A stretch of 64,000 nt of DNA, from NCBI GenBank assembly GCA_041651155.1, contig JBAZJU010000001.1, positions 27,932 through 91,931 on the forward strand, read 5' to 3'. Under the pieces are notes generated by a model that saw nothing but the letters and a program-made list of their open reading frames with translations, did not search any database and had not been told where the DNA came from. The stretch is from Patescibacteria group bacterium. Its GTDB lineage: Bacteria > Patescibacteriota > Patescibacteriia > CAIXNZ01. The position numbers and the translations under genes are program-made. How positions within the stretch are numbered: position 1 is the stretch's first letter; each line of letters starts with the position of its first letter. Of this stretch, positions 28,494 to 38,130 are shown piece after piece.

Positions 28494-29204
28494 ATGAAAA
28501 AAATTTTGTTAATACAAATCAGAGATAATAAAATAATTGCGGATCATGAATTTCAATGTTTTAAAAAAGCAACCCAAGGAGAGAAAATTAACCTTGAGCG
28601 AGTTAATATTTATTTCCAGGATTTTTCGCCTGATAAAATTATTAAGAAATATAATGGATTTTTAACTGGGGGTAGTAATTTTTCAATTAAAGATAAATTT
28701 CCGCGCAAGGCTAAGCTTTTTAAATTAGTTAAAAAAATAATTGAGCGGGAAAAACCATTTTTAGGAATTTGTTTTGGTTTTCAGGTTTTAGTGGAAGCAG
28801 CTGGAGGCAGGGTGATTTTTGATAAGAAAAAAGAGGAATTTGGGAGTAAAATTGTTTATTTAAATAACCAAGGCAGACAAGATAAGCTTTTTGAAAATTT
28901 GAAGCGAAAGTTTTATGTACAGCAGGGACATGAATGGCGCGTAGCTAAATTGCCCACTGATATGCTAAGACTGGCGAGTGGCAATGCAGTTTTAAATCAA
29001 GCAGTAAAGATAATTGATACTCCAGTTTATGGCATCCAATTTCATCCCGAACTTGATAAAAAAGCAATGTTATGGCGGTTAAATTTATATAAAACCAGTC
29101 AGGTATCTTGGTATAGTTTTAAGAAAAATCCATTCCATAAATTATTGCCGACTTCTTCCAGCAAGAAAGTTTTAAGTAATTTCATTAAGCATATAGTTAA
29201 ATAA
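28494..29204 (+). CDS. Type 1 glutamine amidotransferase-like protein
   Basis: TGGS, LGICFGFQ, QFHPE (Cys-His-Glu triad). Confidence 0.88.
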   Translation: MKKILLIQIRDNKIIADHEFQCFKKATQGEKINLERVNIYFQDFSPDKIIKKYNGFLTGGSNFSIKDKFPRKAKLFKLVKKIIEREKPFLGICFGFQVLVEAAGGRVIFDKKKEEFGSKIVYLNNQGRQDKLFENLKRKFYVQQGHEWRVAKLPTDMLRLASGNAVLNQAVKIIDTPVYGIQFHPELDKKAMLWRLNLYKTSQVSWYSFKKNPFHKLLPTSSSKKVLSNFIKHIVK

Positions 29205-29337
29205 AAATTTATAATTTAATTTTAAAGACTGCTAATGCAGTTTTTTTATTCTATCTTGACTTTTTCCATTTTTCGTGTATAATTAGTAAATTGCGGTTAA
29301 GCAATCAGTACGTTTAAAATTGAAAGGAGGTGAGGGA

Positions 29338-30507
29338 GTGAATCTGAAAAAATTCACTAATTTATTCAACTTTGATACTCAGAAAAAAATGTTTCTGGGT
29401 ATTGAGGAGGAATTCTGGCTAACTGATTCAAAAGGTTTTTTAGTTAATAGAGCAGTTAGCCTCTTGCATGAAGCAGCCAAAGAAAAATTGAATCTTAATT
29501 GGAGCAGAAAAGAATTTCTCAAAGATATCTGGAAAAAGGGGACAAAAGGTGTTTTAAATAATTTGCGTTTAAGTGTAGGTTTGCAGCCGGAATTACCATT
29601 ATCACAGATTGAAATAAACACCAACCCCTGCCCTGATTTTAAATCTTTGGAAATTGATCTGCTGGCACAAAGAGGTTATTTGTTCTTCTTAACCGAAAAA
29701 GAGAAAATAAAGGTGTTGCCAACTGCAACACCATTATATCCTTTTGCGGCGAAAATTTTCCCGCTTCCTTATTATCAAAAAGTCCAGGAAATTTTTGCTG
29801 ATAAAATCAAAAAGGGTTTTATCTCTGGCCAACATATCCATATCGGAGTGGCAGATGAATCAGAGGCGATCAAGGTCTTCAATCTCTTGCGAGAGTATTT
29901 GCCAATTTTTCTGGCTCTTTCTACAAATTCCCCTATATCAGAAGGGACTTCAACTTCGCTGCATTCAGCCCGATATTTCAAATATAGGGTGGTGGCTGGG
30001 CAAGTAATTCCCAATCCCGTCTTATCGTGGAAGGATTATTATGGCACGCTAGAAAAAATGATGTGTCTGGACGATCCGACCAGAAACTGGAAAATACTGC
30101 GCATCCATCCTTATGGCACGGTTGAAATTCGTGTCTCTGATATCCAGCTCACTGCCAAGGAAGCGATTTTTTTGGCAGTCATCGCTAAAGTGTTGGCTTT
30201 TTTAGCCCTTAACTCCAGTTACAATCAACAATTTTCCAGTTTGGAATCAATGGAGAGTAGTTTATTAAGGTCCGCAGTCTACGGGTTGTCCAGTCAAGAG
30301 CTAAGGCAATCAATCATAAAGGCTCTTAGTAAATTAACAGCCATTGCCAAAGAAATGGAGATTGGTGAAATCTGGCAAAGAGTTTTGGAGTGGGTTAAAG
30401 AAGGATCAAACGGATCGCAACGCCAGCTCAAATATCTGGCTTGGGCGAAAAATGATCCTGAAAAACTCTTTCAGCTAATCAATAATGAGTTCATAAATGA
30501 ACTTTAG
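29338..30507 (+). CDS. YbdK/GCS2-family carboxylate-amine (gamma-glutamyl) ligase
   Basis: GIEEEF, QIEINT, GQHIHIG, ALSTNSP, GTVEIRVSD. Confidence 0.88.
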   Translation: MNLKKFTNLFNFDTQKKMFLGIEEEFWLTDSKGFLVNRAVSLLHEAAKEKLNLNWSRKEFLKDIWKKGTKGVLNNLRLSVGLQPELPLSQIEINTNPCPDFKSLEIDLLAQRGYLFFLTEKEKIKVLPTATPLYPFAAKIFPLPYYQKVQEIFADKIKKGFISGQHIHIGVADESEAIKVFNLLREYLPIFLALSTNSPISEGTSTSLHSARYFKYRVVAGQVIPNPVLSWKDYYGTLEKMMCLDDPTRNWKILRIHPYGTVEIRVSDIQLTAKEAIFLAVIAKVLAFLALNSSYNQQFSSLESMESSLLRSAVYGLSSQELRQSIIKALSKLTAIAKEMEIGEIWQRVLEWVKEGSNGSQRQLKYLAWAKNDPEKLFQLINNEFINEL

Positions 30508-30673
30508 TAGCATCTATTCGCAGGTGCTACTTTTTTTATATTTTTATTGAGTTGATTATGATTTTATTCTTGACAGACAATGAAATTTGCAGTATTATTT
30601 ATTAAATCGGTAAGCAAATATGTTTAAGAAGTGGCGCACTTTAAATTTTAGAAAAAAGAAAGGAGTTCTTTAA

Positions 30674-30913
30674 ATGGAAAAAGATAATTCCCCAAGAGCC
30701 TATGGCCTAGTAGTGAAAATTCTTCGGTTAAAAGCATTTTTACGAAGAATTTTTAAAACTTGTATTTTGGTGTTGGACAGAGTCATTAGACTGGTTGTAA
30801 TCGCAGTAACACACCCGTTCGCCTTTTTTTGCGGGACATTTATTTTACTGAGTGCACAGCTTTATGGCCTCATACGCCGTAACGTGTTGTATCTAAAAGA
30901 TGAGGACTTCTAG
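30674..30913 (+). CDS. Small hypothetical membrane protein
   Basis: SD AAGGAG; hydrophobic stretch; own promoter and terminator. Confidence 0.5.
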   Translation: MEKDNSPRAYGLVVKILRLKAFLRRIFKTCILVLDRVIRLVVIAVTHPFAFFCGTFILLSAQLYGLIRRNVLYLKDEDF

Positions 30914-31180
30914 GCGAGTGTTCTCATCACATTTTAAGGAATTAGCCCCAAAGAAATAATTATAAAGATCTGCAAACGCAGGTCTTTTTTTTATTTATAG
31001 TTACATAATTTTTCTAAATTATGGCCCTTGACTTTTGCGAAAAATATGTTCTAGTATGGTATGCCCCCATACCCCCTTGACAGCGCATCAAAGTGGTGGT
31101 ATCATTCACTAAATTGGGTCGCAAACCCTTTTATGCTTCAGTAGAAGCATTGAACGTTGAAAAAAAGAGAGGAGGCCAAA

Positions 31181-32392
31181 ATGGCTACGAAGTTTAAAAA
31201 AAATGATTCAGAAGAAAATCATTATGTCCACAGTCACGCTGAGCCATTAACAGAAGATAAAATTAAGAAACAAAAACATGACACAGTAGCTATGGACCCT
31301 TCTCTAAAAGTAAATCTTAATAAATTAGCGAAGGATGTTAGTTACAAGGTCGACAATGATTCAGCAATGAACTTTGAACATAAAAATTTTTCCCATCTTC
31401 TTGCAATGCCCATATCCCTTCTCATGACCGTTTGGGCATTCCTAAAGACTGCACTATGCGCTTTTTTGACATACATCCGCCATGAAGAAATTTCTTACCA
31501 ACCGCAGACTGCTAATGAGCAAGATTGTTCCGAAGGAAAGAAGATAGTTAAATGGTTCAATTTCAATGCAGCTTTGCGTGTATGGTGGTGTGTGCCTCAG
31601 GAAAAAAAAGGTGAAACATTGAGGCCAAGATTTACTAGCCTTTTCTTTGATAGATTCAGCGCTCCTCTAAAAAAAATACGTCATGGAGCTGCCTCATGGA
31701 AAGCTCTAGACATTATCTATCATCATGAATTCGGGAGAGACAAAACTTTTGGGAGCAGGCTAGCAGATTTTTGGATTGGCATGAGAAATGCTCAAGCCGT
31801 TCGCAACCGTCACAAGCTTGTGCAGAGAGAACTAATCAAGGTGATTTGTGAGATAGGCAAAATGCAAGTAAATTTACTCTCCGTTGCCTGTGGTTCAGCC
31901 GAAGCAGTAATCCAGGTAGTAAAGACAGTTAAGGAGGAAAAAGGAATAATAGTAAAGGTCACATTACTTGACCTTGATGCTAAGGCGCTAACTTATGCAA
32001 AAGGATTGGCAAAGGAATACGGTATTGAAAATCAGTTCTTAACGATTAACGAAAACATCAAGAATTTGGAGAAAGTAATTACGGACTCCTTTGATGTTAT
32101 TGAGATGCTCGGGTTTCTTGATTACCAAGTATACGGGAAAGCAGTTTCACTGGTATCAAGATTGAGAGCATTACTAAATAAGAACGGGGTATTCCTTACC
32201 TGCAATATAATGAACAATCCTGAAAAATATTTTTTGCGATGGGTCATTTCTTGGCCAATGATTTACCGCAAGCCGTACGAAGTTGCTAAAATAATGTTAG
32301 CAGCTGGGTTCAGGAAAGAAAACATTGCGTTAATTGCTGAGCCTCATGAAATTCACATGATGGCAATATGCAAGTTAAATAGCAATTGTTAA
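31181..32392 (+). CDS. Class I SAM-dependent methyltransferase, PhcB-like
   Basis: LLSVACGSA, LLDLD, EMLGFLDY, preceded by ALDIIY...AQAVRNR. The PhcB likeness is from recall. Confidence 0.7.
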   Translation: MATKFKKNDSEENHYVHSHAEPLTEDKIKKQKHDTVAMDPSLKVNLNKLAKDVSYKVDNDSAMNFEHKNFSHLLAMPISLLMTVWAFLKTALCAFLTYIRHEEISYQPQTANEQDCSEGKKIVKWFNFNAALRVWWCVPQEKKGETLRPRFTSLFFDRFSAPLKKIRHGAASWKALDIIYHHEFGRDKTFGSRLADFWIGMRNAQAVRNRHKLVQRELIKVICEIGKMQVNLLSVACGSAEAVIQVVKTVKEEKGIIVKVTLLDLDAKALTYAKGLAKEYGIENQFLTINENIKNLEKVITDSFDVIEMLGFLDYQVYGKAVSLVSRLRALLNKNGVFLTCNIMNNPEKYFLRWVISWPMIYRKPYEVAKIMLAAGFRKENIALIAEPHEIHMMAICKLNSNC

Positions 32393-32459
32393 TAAGCCTC
32401 TGAAAATGATATAATTATTTCAGAGGCTTTTAAATTCCAGAAAATAATACTGGGAAATT

Positions 32460-34661
32460 ATGCTTTATTTTTCACTTAGCGCATTAATTAATGCAATTAC
32501 AAGTTTAATCCTTGGTGTTTTTGTTTTGTGGAAAAATCCGAAGGATAAGATTAATAGATCTTTTTTTTATTTTTGTTTCAGTGTTTTTATATGGTCATTT
32601 GGCTATTATTTCTGGCAAATTTCCAAAGACTCTGATACTGCATTATTTTGGCTAAGATTATTAACTTTCGGTTCTGCACTTATTCCACTTTTTTATTTAT
32701 ATTTTAGTTTAGTCTTTGCAAAGAAGGAAAGGAATAAGGGAGTTGCATATTTTTTTATAATATCAATAATTTTAGCCCTTTTAAGTTTAACAAACTATTT
32801 AGTTGTAGGAGTGGGTAAAAAATTAATTTTTAATTTTTGGCCAATACCTGGAGCATTATATCCTTTTTTGCTTTTAGTTTTTTTTGCTTATACTATATAT
32901 TCCTCTGTTATCCTTTACATTGAATATAAAAATTCGTCAGGCTTAAGGAAAGAACAATTAAAATATATTTTATTCGGGTTTATCGTTGGCTTTATAGGTG
33001 GAAGTACAAATTTTTTATTATGGTATAATATACCATTTCTTCCTATCGGCAACATTCTAGTATCGGTTTACGTCCTAGCAACTACCTATGCAATTATAAG
33101 GTATAGGTTTATGGATATTAGAGTTGTAATTAAACGTTCGGCTATTTTTACAATTTTAGTCTTGCTGATAACCTCAATTTATGCACTTTTTACCTATTTA
33201 GTTAGTATTTTTTTTCAGGGTATTATTGGTACCCAATCTGTCATTGTGAATGGTGTGATAACTGCCGTTCTAGTTGCTTTAGGCTTTGAGCCTTTAAAGA
33301 AATTCTTGTCTCAAATCACAGACACTTTTTTATTTAAAGCTGAATACAATCCTCAGCAGGTTTTGGGTGAATTTTCAGATAAATTATCTTCTACTTTGAA
33401 TCTGGATGAATTAACCCAATTTTTAGTGAAAAAAACTAGCGAGGTATTTAAGTGCACCAAATCCTCGCTTTATTTATTTAATCCAGATCATCAGGAATAC
33501 CAGGAAAAAGCCATGTGGGGCAAGCGCAGCGTAGAACCAATGGCAAAAATTGAGCCCAAATTATTTAATAAAATTTTCAGCTACCTCAAGCAGATTGGCA
33601 AAGCCAAAGATGTCATTGTCAGGGAAGAAATTAAAAAAATTAATGAGCAGTATAAAAATCAGGTTTTAAATTTACTGATTAAACAATTAGATGAACGCGA
33701 AGTGAATTTAATTGTGCCGTTTTATGTGAAGGAAGAATTAATAGGCATTTTATTTTTAGGCGACAAGAAATCCGGAGATGTTTATTCTCAGCAGGATTTA
33801 AATGTTTTGGAAATCATTGCTGGCCAGTCAGCGGTTTCCATCCAGAATGCCGGGCTTTTTGAAGAGCAAAAGCACTTTGCCGAGCATTTGAAACGCGAAG
33901 TTGATAAAGCCACCAAAGAATTACAAATTGCTAATGTGCAGTTAAGGAAATTAGATAAGGCTAAGTCAGAATTTATTTCCATTGCTTCCCATCAATTACG
34001 CACGCCTTTGACAGTTATCCGCGGCTATATTTCCATGATTGAACAAGGTGATTTTGGCATTGTCTCGCATAAAGTTCAAGAACCATTGGACCGCGTTTAT
34101 AAAAGTACCATGAGAATTATTGGCCTGGTTGAGGATTTATTAAATATTTCGCGCATTGAAAGCGGCCGTTTGAAATATGATTTTAAGCCAACTGATTTAC
34201 CTGCTTTGGTGGCTGATGTTTATGAGGAATTAAAACAGCAAGCTAAAAATAAAAGTCTGCAATTTGAATTTATCAAGCCAACCAAAGAAATTCCCCAGCT
34301 GGTGCTTGATCAGGGTAAAATCAGGGAAACGATTATGAATCTGATTGATAATTCCATTAAATACACTGATGCTGGTTTTGTCAGAGTAAAACTAGAACGC
34401 GATGATGACCATGTTACTTTGAGCGTCAGTGATTCCGGCCGCGGACTTGCGCCAGACGAAATACCATTATTATTTCAAAAATTTTCTCGCGCCAAAGGCG
34501 CGCAGCTGATGCACACCGAAGGCACTGGCTTGGGTCTTTATATTGCCAAAAATATTATTGCCAAGCACGGAGGCAAGATCTGGGTGGAAAGCCCTGGGAC
34601 TGGCAAAGGCTCAACTTTTTATATTAGGTTTAGGATAAATAATAAAAGGCTGGAGAAATAA
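32460..34661 (+). CDS. Sensor histidine kinase (N-terminal 7TM, GAF, HisKA, HATPase)
   Basis: Multi-TM N-terminus; GAF; ASHQLRTPL; NLIDNSIKY; DSGRG; GTGLGL; GSTF. Confidence 0.92.
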   Translation: MLYFSLSALINAITSLILGVFVLWKNPKDKINRSFFYFCFSVFIWSFGYYFWQISKDSDTALFWLRLLTFGSALIPLFYLYFSLVFAKKERNKGVAYFFIISIILALLSLTNYLVVGVGKKLIFNFWPIPGALYPFLLLVFFAYTIYSSVILYIEYKNSSGLRKEQLKYILFGFIVGFIGGSTNFLLWYNIPFLPIGNILVSVYVLATTYAIIRYRFMDIRVVIKRSAIFTILVLLITSIYALFTYLVSIFFQGIIGTQSVIVNGVITAVLVALGFEPLKKFLSQITDTFLFKAEYNPQQVLGEFSDKLSSTLNLDELTQFLVKKTSEVFKCTKSSLYLFNPDHQEYQEKAMWGKRSVEPMAKIEPKLFNKIFSYLKQIGKAKDVIVREEIKKINEQYKNQVLNLLIKQLDEREVNLIVPFYVKEELIGILFLGDKKSGDVYSQQDLNVLEIIAGQSAVSIQNAGLFEEQKHFAEHLKREVDKATKELQIANVQLRKLDKAKSEFISIASHQLRTPLTVIRGYISMIEQGDFGIVSHKVQEPLDRVYKSTMRIIGLVEDLLNISRIESGRLKYDFKPTDLPALVADVYEELKQQAKNKSLQFEFIKPTKEIPQLVLDQGKIRETIMNLIDNSIKYTDAGFVRVKLERDDDHVTLSVSDSGRGLAPDEIPLLFQKFSRAKGAQLMHTEGTGLGLYIAKNIIAKHGGKIWVESPGTGKGSTFYIRFRINNKRLEK

Positions 34662-34769
34662 TTAGAAAAAATAAAAAATTGCCTTGTTGGGCAATTTTTT
34701 TGATTGGTTAATTTTTTGATTAATAAAAAAAGCGGCTCAGGTGTAAAGCCTAGCCGCTTGTTAAGACAT

Positions 34770-35339
34770 TTACTGCGGTTTGCAGTGAAGAGCGATTTTG
34801 TTTTCATCGCTCAACGTGATATCAAGAAAATCCTCGGGAAGAACAGGAAACTCGCTGTATCTTGGAAAGGTTATAAATTTATAACTTTCCATTCTAAAAG
34901 AATTACCGTATTTCTGTTTTTCCCATTTGATTAATTCTTTAAGCAGCCCAAGCGGGCAGAAGTGAAGACCAGATTTAATCTCCGCTTTTGGTTTGAGCAC
35001 GAAGTTAAAGATGAGCCCAGTATTGGTGCCGTTCGTAGGTCGTTCGGTTGTCTTGTGGCTTATCCACCAATCCACGCCATTTTCCCACTGCCTGGGATGT
35101 TTATTGCATTCTTGGATTGGCACAAGAACATCAACATCTTTGTGTTCTGCAAAGATGCGGGGGGAGGTGGTGCCTTTCCAAATTTCTTTGGCTAGTCCGC
35201 CGATAAGTATACCGACGGCATTATAATTCTTAAGCACTTGGTCTGCCACTTTAAGCCCTTCAATCCCACAAACGGCATTTAGCGGACTTGGCGCTCTCCA
35301 TTCAAGACGTAGATCCAAACTCATTCTAAGTGCCATCAT
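34770..35339 (-). CDS. Putative minimal nucleotidyltransferase
   Basis: LIGGLA followed by KDVDVLV; overlaps the end of the upstream gene. Confidence 0.55.
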   Translation of the reverse strand: MMALRMSLDLRLEWRAPSPLNAVCGIEGLKVADQVLKNYNAVGILIGGLAKEIWKGTTSPRIFAEHKDVDVLVPIQECNKHPRQWENGVDWWISHKTTERPTNGTNTGLIFNFVLKPKAEIKSGLHFCPLGLLKELIKWEKQKYGNSFRMESYKFITFPRYSEFPVLPEDFLDITLSDENKIALHCKPQ

Positions 35340-36840
35340 ATTTTTCCCCTCCTTTGACTTCAATTTCTAGTGTTTCCGTATTAATGAGCACAGTTTGTAA
35401 GCTGTGTATGTGCTCGCCACCAGGATTAATACAGAGCGTATTTCCGAGTAAAGTGACATTGGCGCCATAAAGCCGTGGCGCTTCATGGATGTGGCCGAAA
35501 AGAGCTATTTGTGGTTGCGCTTCCAGAATGAATTGCATTATGCCCTGACTGCCTGCGTGTTTTTGGCCATTCACTTGATCCAACACTTCGTAAGGTGGAT
35601 TATGAATTACCCAAACTGCTTTTTGTTCGCCAAGCTGGTTTTGCAAAACACGAAGCTCCGCCAGGATTTCTTTTGATTTTTTTTCCCAGGCTCGGTACAG
35701 GATTTTTGGTGGCAGGGATTCTACAAAGCTGTAGCCGACGATCGCAAAGTTTTCATCTAATTTGTGGATTTTACCGTGAAGATAGTAGATTATTCCTTCG
35801 CGTTCAGCTTCTTCTAGCAATGATGCGTTCTCAATCAGGTCGTCATTGCCGAGCATTGCATAGACTGGTTTATTGTTGTTGGCTGCTCTCCATTGTTTTG
35901 TCAGAGGCAGAAAAAATTTCTGAAAGAATTTCTGCTGAGCCTGTTTAAGGTGAGCAGGATCTTCTGCTTTATTTTTCAGTTGCGCTATGTTTGAATGTTT
36001 CGCCAAAGAAGCGATATGGGTTTCTTCCAGGATCGTTTTGTAGGCATGAGCCCGAAAGAGTCTTGTATTTGTGTCCTTGAATGATTGGAGAATATGCTTT
36101 GCCAGCGGGCTTTTATGCTCAAGTAAAACTTTTTCAACTCCGTGGGTAATCTTTGTCATTTGCCCTTGATAGAGCTCAAATAGAATGCACTCCAGCAAAT
36201 ATTGCGATGGTGCCCATTCAGAGAAATTTTTTATTTTTGAGCCAAGAGCCAGCGAACACTTGTGCGTAAAGGCATCGCGCATTGCTTCAGTCCAAGTCTC
36301 CTCTTCCTGCTTTAGCCAATCCACAACGCAATCACCTAAAATATCCAGCTCCATTTCAGAAAGCTGGAGTTGAGCCGGTTTCCCGACTGGCTCAGCGCTT
36401 TTGAAAAAAGCATAGAGCTTTTCAAGTATGATTTGTTCCATCATTAAGGTTTCAAACTCATAGAACTTGTTTGTCAGTTCATAGAGTATGTAGCCTTGTC
36501 GCTCTAGATGCCTTGCCAGAATTGCAGAGCCGATTCTCTCATTGAAAGTTTTGATGGCTTGCAAACTCTCTAAATAAGAATTTGATTTTAAGCTCTGTTC
36601 GAGACTGTCAGTCGGAATGACTTCGCCGTCTATAAGCGGCAGATCTTCGTCGTTAATTTCGTAATTTTCTTCTTCAGAGTAGTCAGGGTGCTGTGCAAGT
36701 TTGATAGCTACTGACTTGGGAGTCAGATCGCCACCAAAAACTATTGCATCAGCCTGCTCTTTTTGAGCTAGTCTGAACACAGCTTCAATGGCGTTTTGAT
36801 TCCCGTGTAGATCGGTAGCGTATACAAACCGCATGATCAC
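35326..36840 (-). CDS. Calcineurin-like metallophosphoesterase with a ~290 aa insertion
   Basis: DLHG, GGD, long insert, GNDD, HNPP, GHIHE, INPG. Confidence 0.85.
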   Translation of the reverse strand: MIMRFVYATDLHGNQNAIEAVFRLAQKEQADAIVFGGDLTPKSVAIKLAQHPDYSEEENYEINDEDLPLIDGEVIPTDSLEQSLKSNSYLESLQAIKTFNERIGSAILARHLERQGYILYELTNKFYEFETLMMEQIILEKLYAFFKSAEPVGKPAQLQLSEMELDILGDCVVDWLKQEEETWTEAMRDAFTHKCSLALGSKIKNFSEWAPSQYLLECILFELYQGQMTKITHGVEKVLLEHKSPLAKHILQSFKDTNTRLFRAHAYKTILEETHIASLAKHSNIAQLKNKAEDPAHLKQAQQKFFQKFFLPLTKQWRAANNNKPVYAMLGNDDLIENASLLEEAEREGIIYYLHGKIHKLDENFAIVGYSFVESLPPKILYRAWEKKSKEILAELRVLQNQLGEQKAVWVIHNPPYEVLDQVNGQKHAGSQGIMQFILEAQPQIALFGHIHEAPRLYGANVTLLGNTLCINPGGEHIHSLQTVLINTETLEIEVKGGEKYDGT

Positions 36841-36907
36841 CTTACCTCCTTTTTGTTGTCAAAAAACGTTAGTTAAAATCAACTATAATTATATTTCAGA
36901 ATTTTAA

Positions 36908-36936
36908 AGTATAGCAATAATTAGGCATAAAGTCAA
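36908..36936 (-). promoter_or_regulatory. Sigma70 promoter of the phosphoesterase operon
   Basis: TTGACT-17-TATACT. Confidence 0.65.
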
Positions 36937-37001
36937 TAGTAGCACTGGTAAATATTTTTTGCGACTTAAAAAAATTGCTTTTTTAGAGCAATTTTTTTTG
37001 A

Positions 37002-37075
37002 TGGGCGCTGGAGGGATCGAACCCCCGACCTACTCGGTGTAAACGAGTCGCTCTAACCAGCTGAGCTAAGCGCCC
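37002..37075 (-). tRNA. tRNA-Val (UAC), CCA not encoded
   Basis: GGGCGCTTAGCTCAGCTGGTTAGAGC, anticodon arm ACTCG-TT TAC AC-CGAGT, GGTTCGATCCC. Confidence 0.95.
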
Positions 37076-37375
37076 TGGAATAACTAATAACTTATAACTA
37101 TAACAATAACTCTTGGTATGCGCTTAGCGAAGCTGGTTGCCGTCCGTAAATACTTTAATTCACAACTGCCTGCCTGCCGTAGCTTTAGCGAAGGCAGGAG
37201 CTAAGCGCCCTAGAATAACTAATAATTTATAACGATAACAATAACTTTTGTAAGGAGCTTAGCGAAGCTGGTTATCACCCATAAATACATACTAACCAAA
37301 CTGCCTGCCTGCCGTAGCTTTTTTATCCGCCGAAGCTTTAGCGTAGGTGGAAGCGAAGGCAGGAGCTAAGTGCCC
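37076..37375 (-). mobile_element. Two tandem units (135 and 165 nt) duplicating the tRNA-Val(UAC) 5' end, same family as 4235..4370
   Basis: GGGC(G/A)CTTAGCTC at 37210 and 37375; CTGCCTTCGCTAAAGCTACGGCAGGCAGGCAGT hairpin; antisense AACCAGCTTCGCTAAGC. Unit 2 carries a nested 30 nt REP. Confidence 0.65.
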
Positions 37376-37393
37376 TTGGATTTTTTTTGCGGG

Positions 37394-37475
37394 TGCGCGG
37401 GAGAGGACTCGAACCTCCACGCCTTGCGGCACAGGCACCTCAAGCCTGCTTGTCTACCGGTTTCAACACCCGCGC
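37394..37475 (-). tRNA. tRNA-Leu (GAG)
   Basis: Acceptor GCGCGGG/CCCGCGC, anticodon arm CAGGC-TT GAG GT-GCCTG, long variable arm, GGTTCGAGTCC. Confidence 0.93.
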
Positions 37476-37482
37476 AAAAGGT

Positions 37483-38130
37483 TTAATTTATATTATCAAG
37501 TATATTAAAAATTTTCAAGCGTTTTCTTCGTAAACATGGTATTTTATCTGAATAATAAATTTTTTTTAGTAAAATTTTCGATTCATTCTTGGCATATTTT
37601 AGTTGATATATTGTAGATTTTTTGGCATGAGTAATGTGCCCATTTAGATTAATAATTTGTTTGATACTTTTCCTTAACCATAAAATATGTTGTTTGCTTG
37701 CAGACACGAAAGTCGTATAAAACATTAAACTTGATTTCCAGCGTTTATCCCAATAAGAATAAAAGGAACCATCTCCATCAAAGTGACCTCTTAAAAAATC
37801 AAAAAAATATTGTTTAGGAATTTTTATGTCATTTAATATTTTCGTTTTGTTTGGCATTAACCCTATGCTTAATAAGAATTTATAAAAATTAACATCCCCA
37901 AATTGAATTACATAATATTTTTTTATTTTATTTCCACCCCGCGATTTTTTACCAATTTTGTTCGTTAATTTTAATATTTTTTTGAATTTTAAAACAAGCT
38001 CTTTGTCCTTAGATGTAAAGTGAATGTGCCTCTTATCAGATGAAAGATTTCCATCGGTTGTAATTAGTCCAATAATATAGGCAAACTCTGGAGCCCATTT
38101 AATTAAAATTTTTGATTGTGGTTTTGACAT
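37483..38130 (-). CDS. Double-motif LAGLIDADG homing endonuclease-like protein
   Basis: AYIIGLITTDG and DFLRGHFDGDG motifs; very basic; ends 7 nt before tRNA-Leu. Confidence 0.85.
   Translation of the reverse strand: MSKPQSKILIKWAPEFAYIIGLITTDGNLSSDKRHIHFTSKDKELVLKFKKILKLTNKIGKKSRGGNKIKKYYVIQFGDVNFYKFLLSIGLMPNKTKILNDIKIPKQYFFDFLRGHFDGDGSFYSYWDKRWKSSLMFYTTFVSASKQHILWLRKSIKQIINLNGHITHAKKSTIYQLKYAKNESKILLKKIYYSDKIPCLRRKRLKIFNILDNIN

Noticed and set aside
19934-36840. Prophage or integrative element
   Set aside because: No integrase, terminase, structural or replication genes, and no clear tRNA 3' att duplication.
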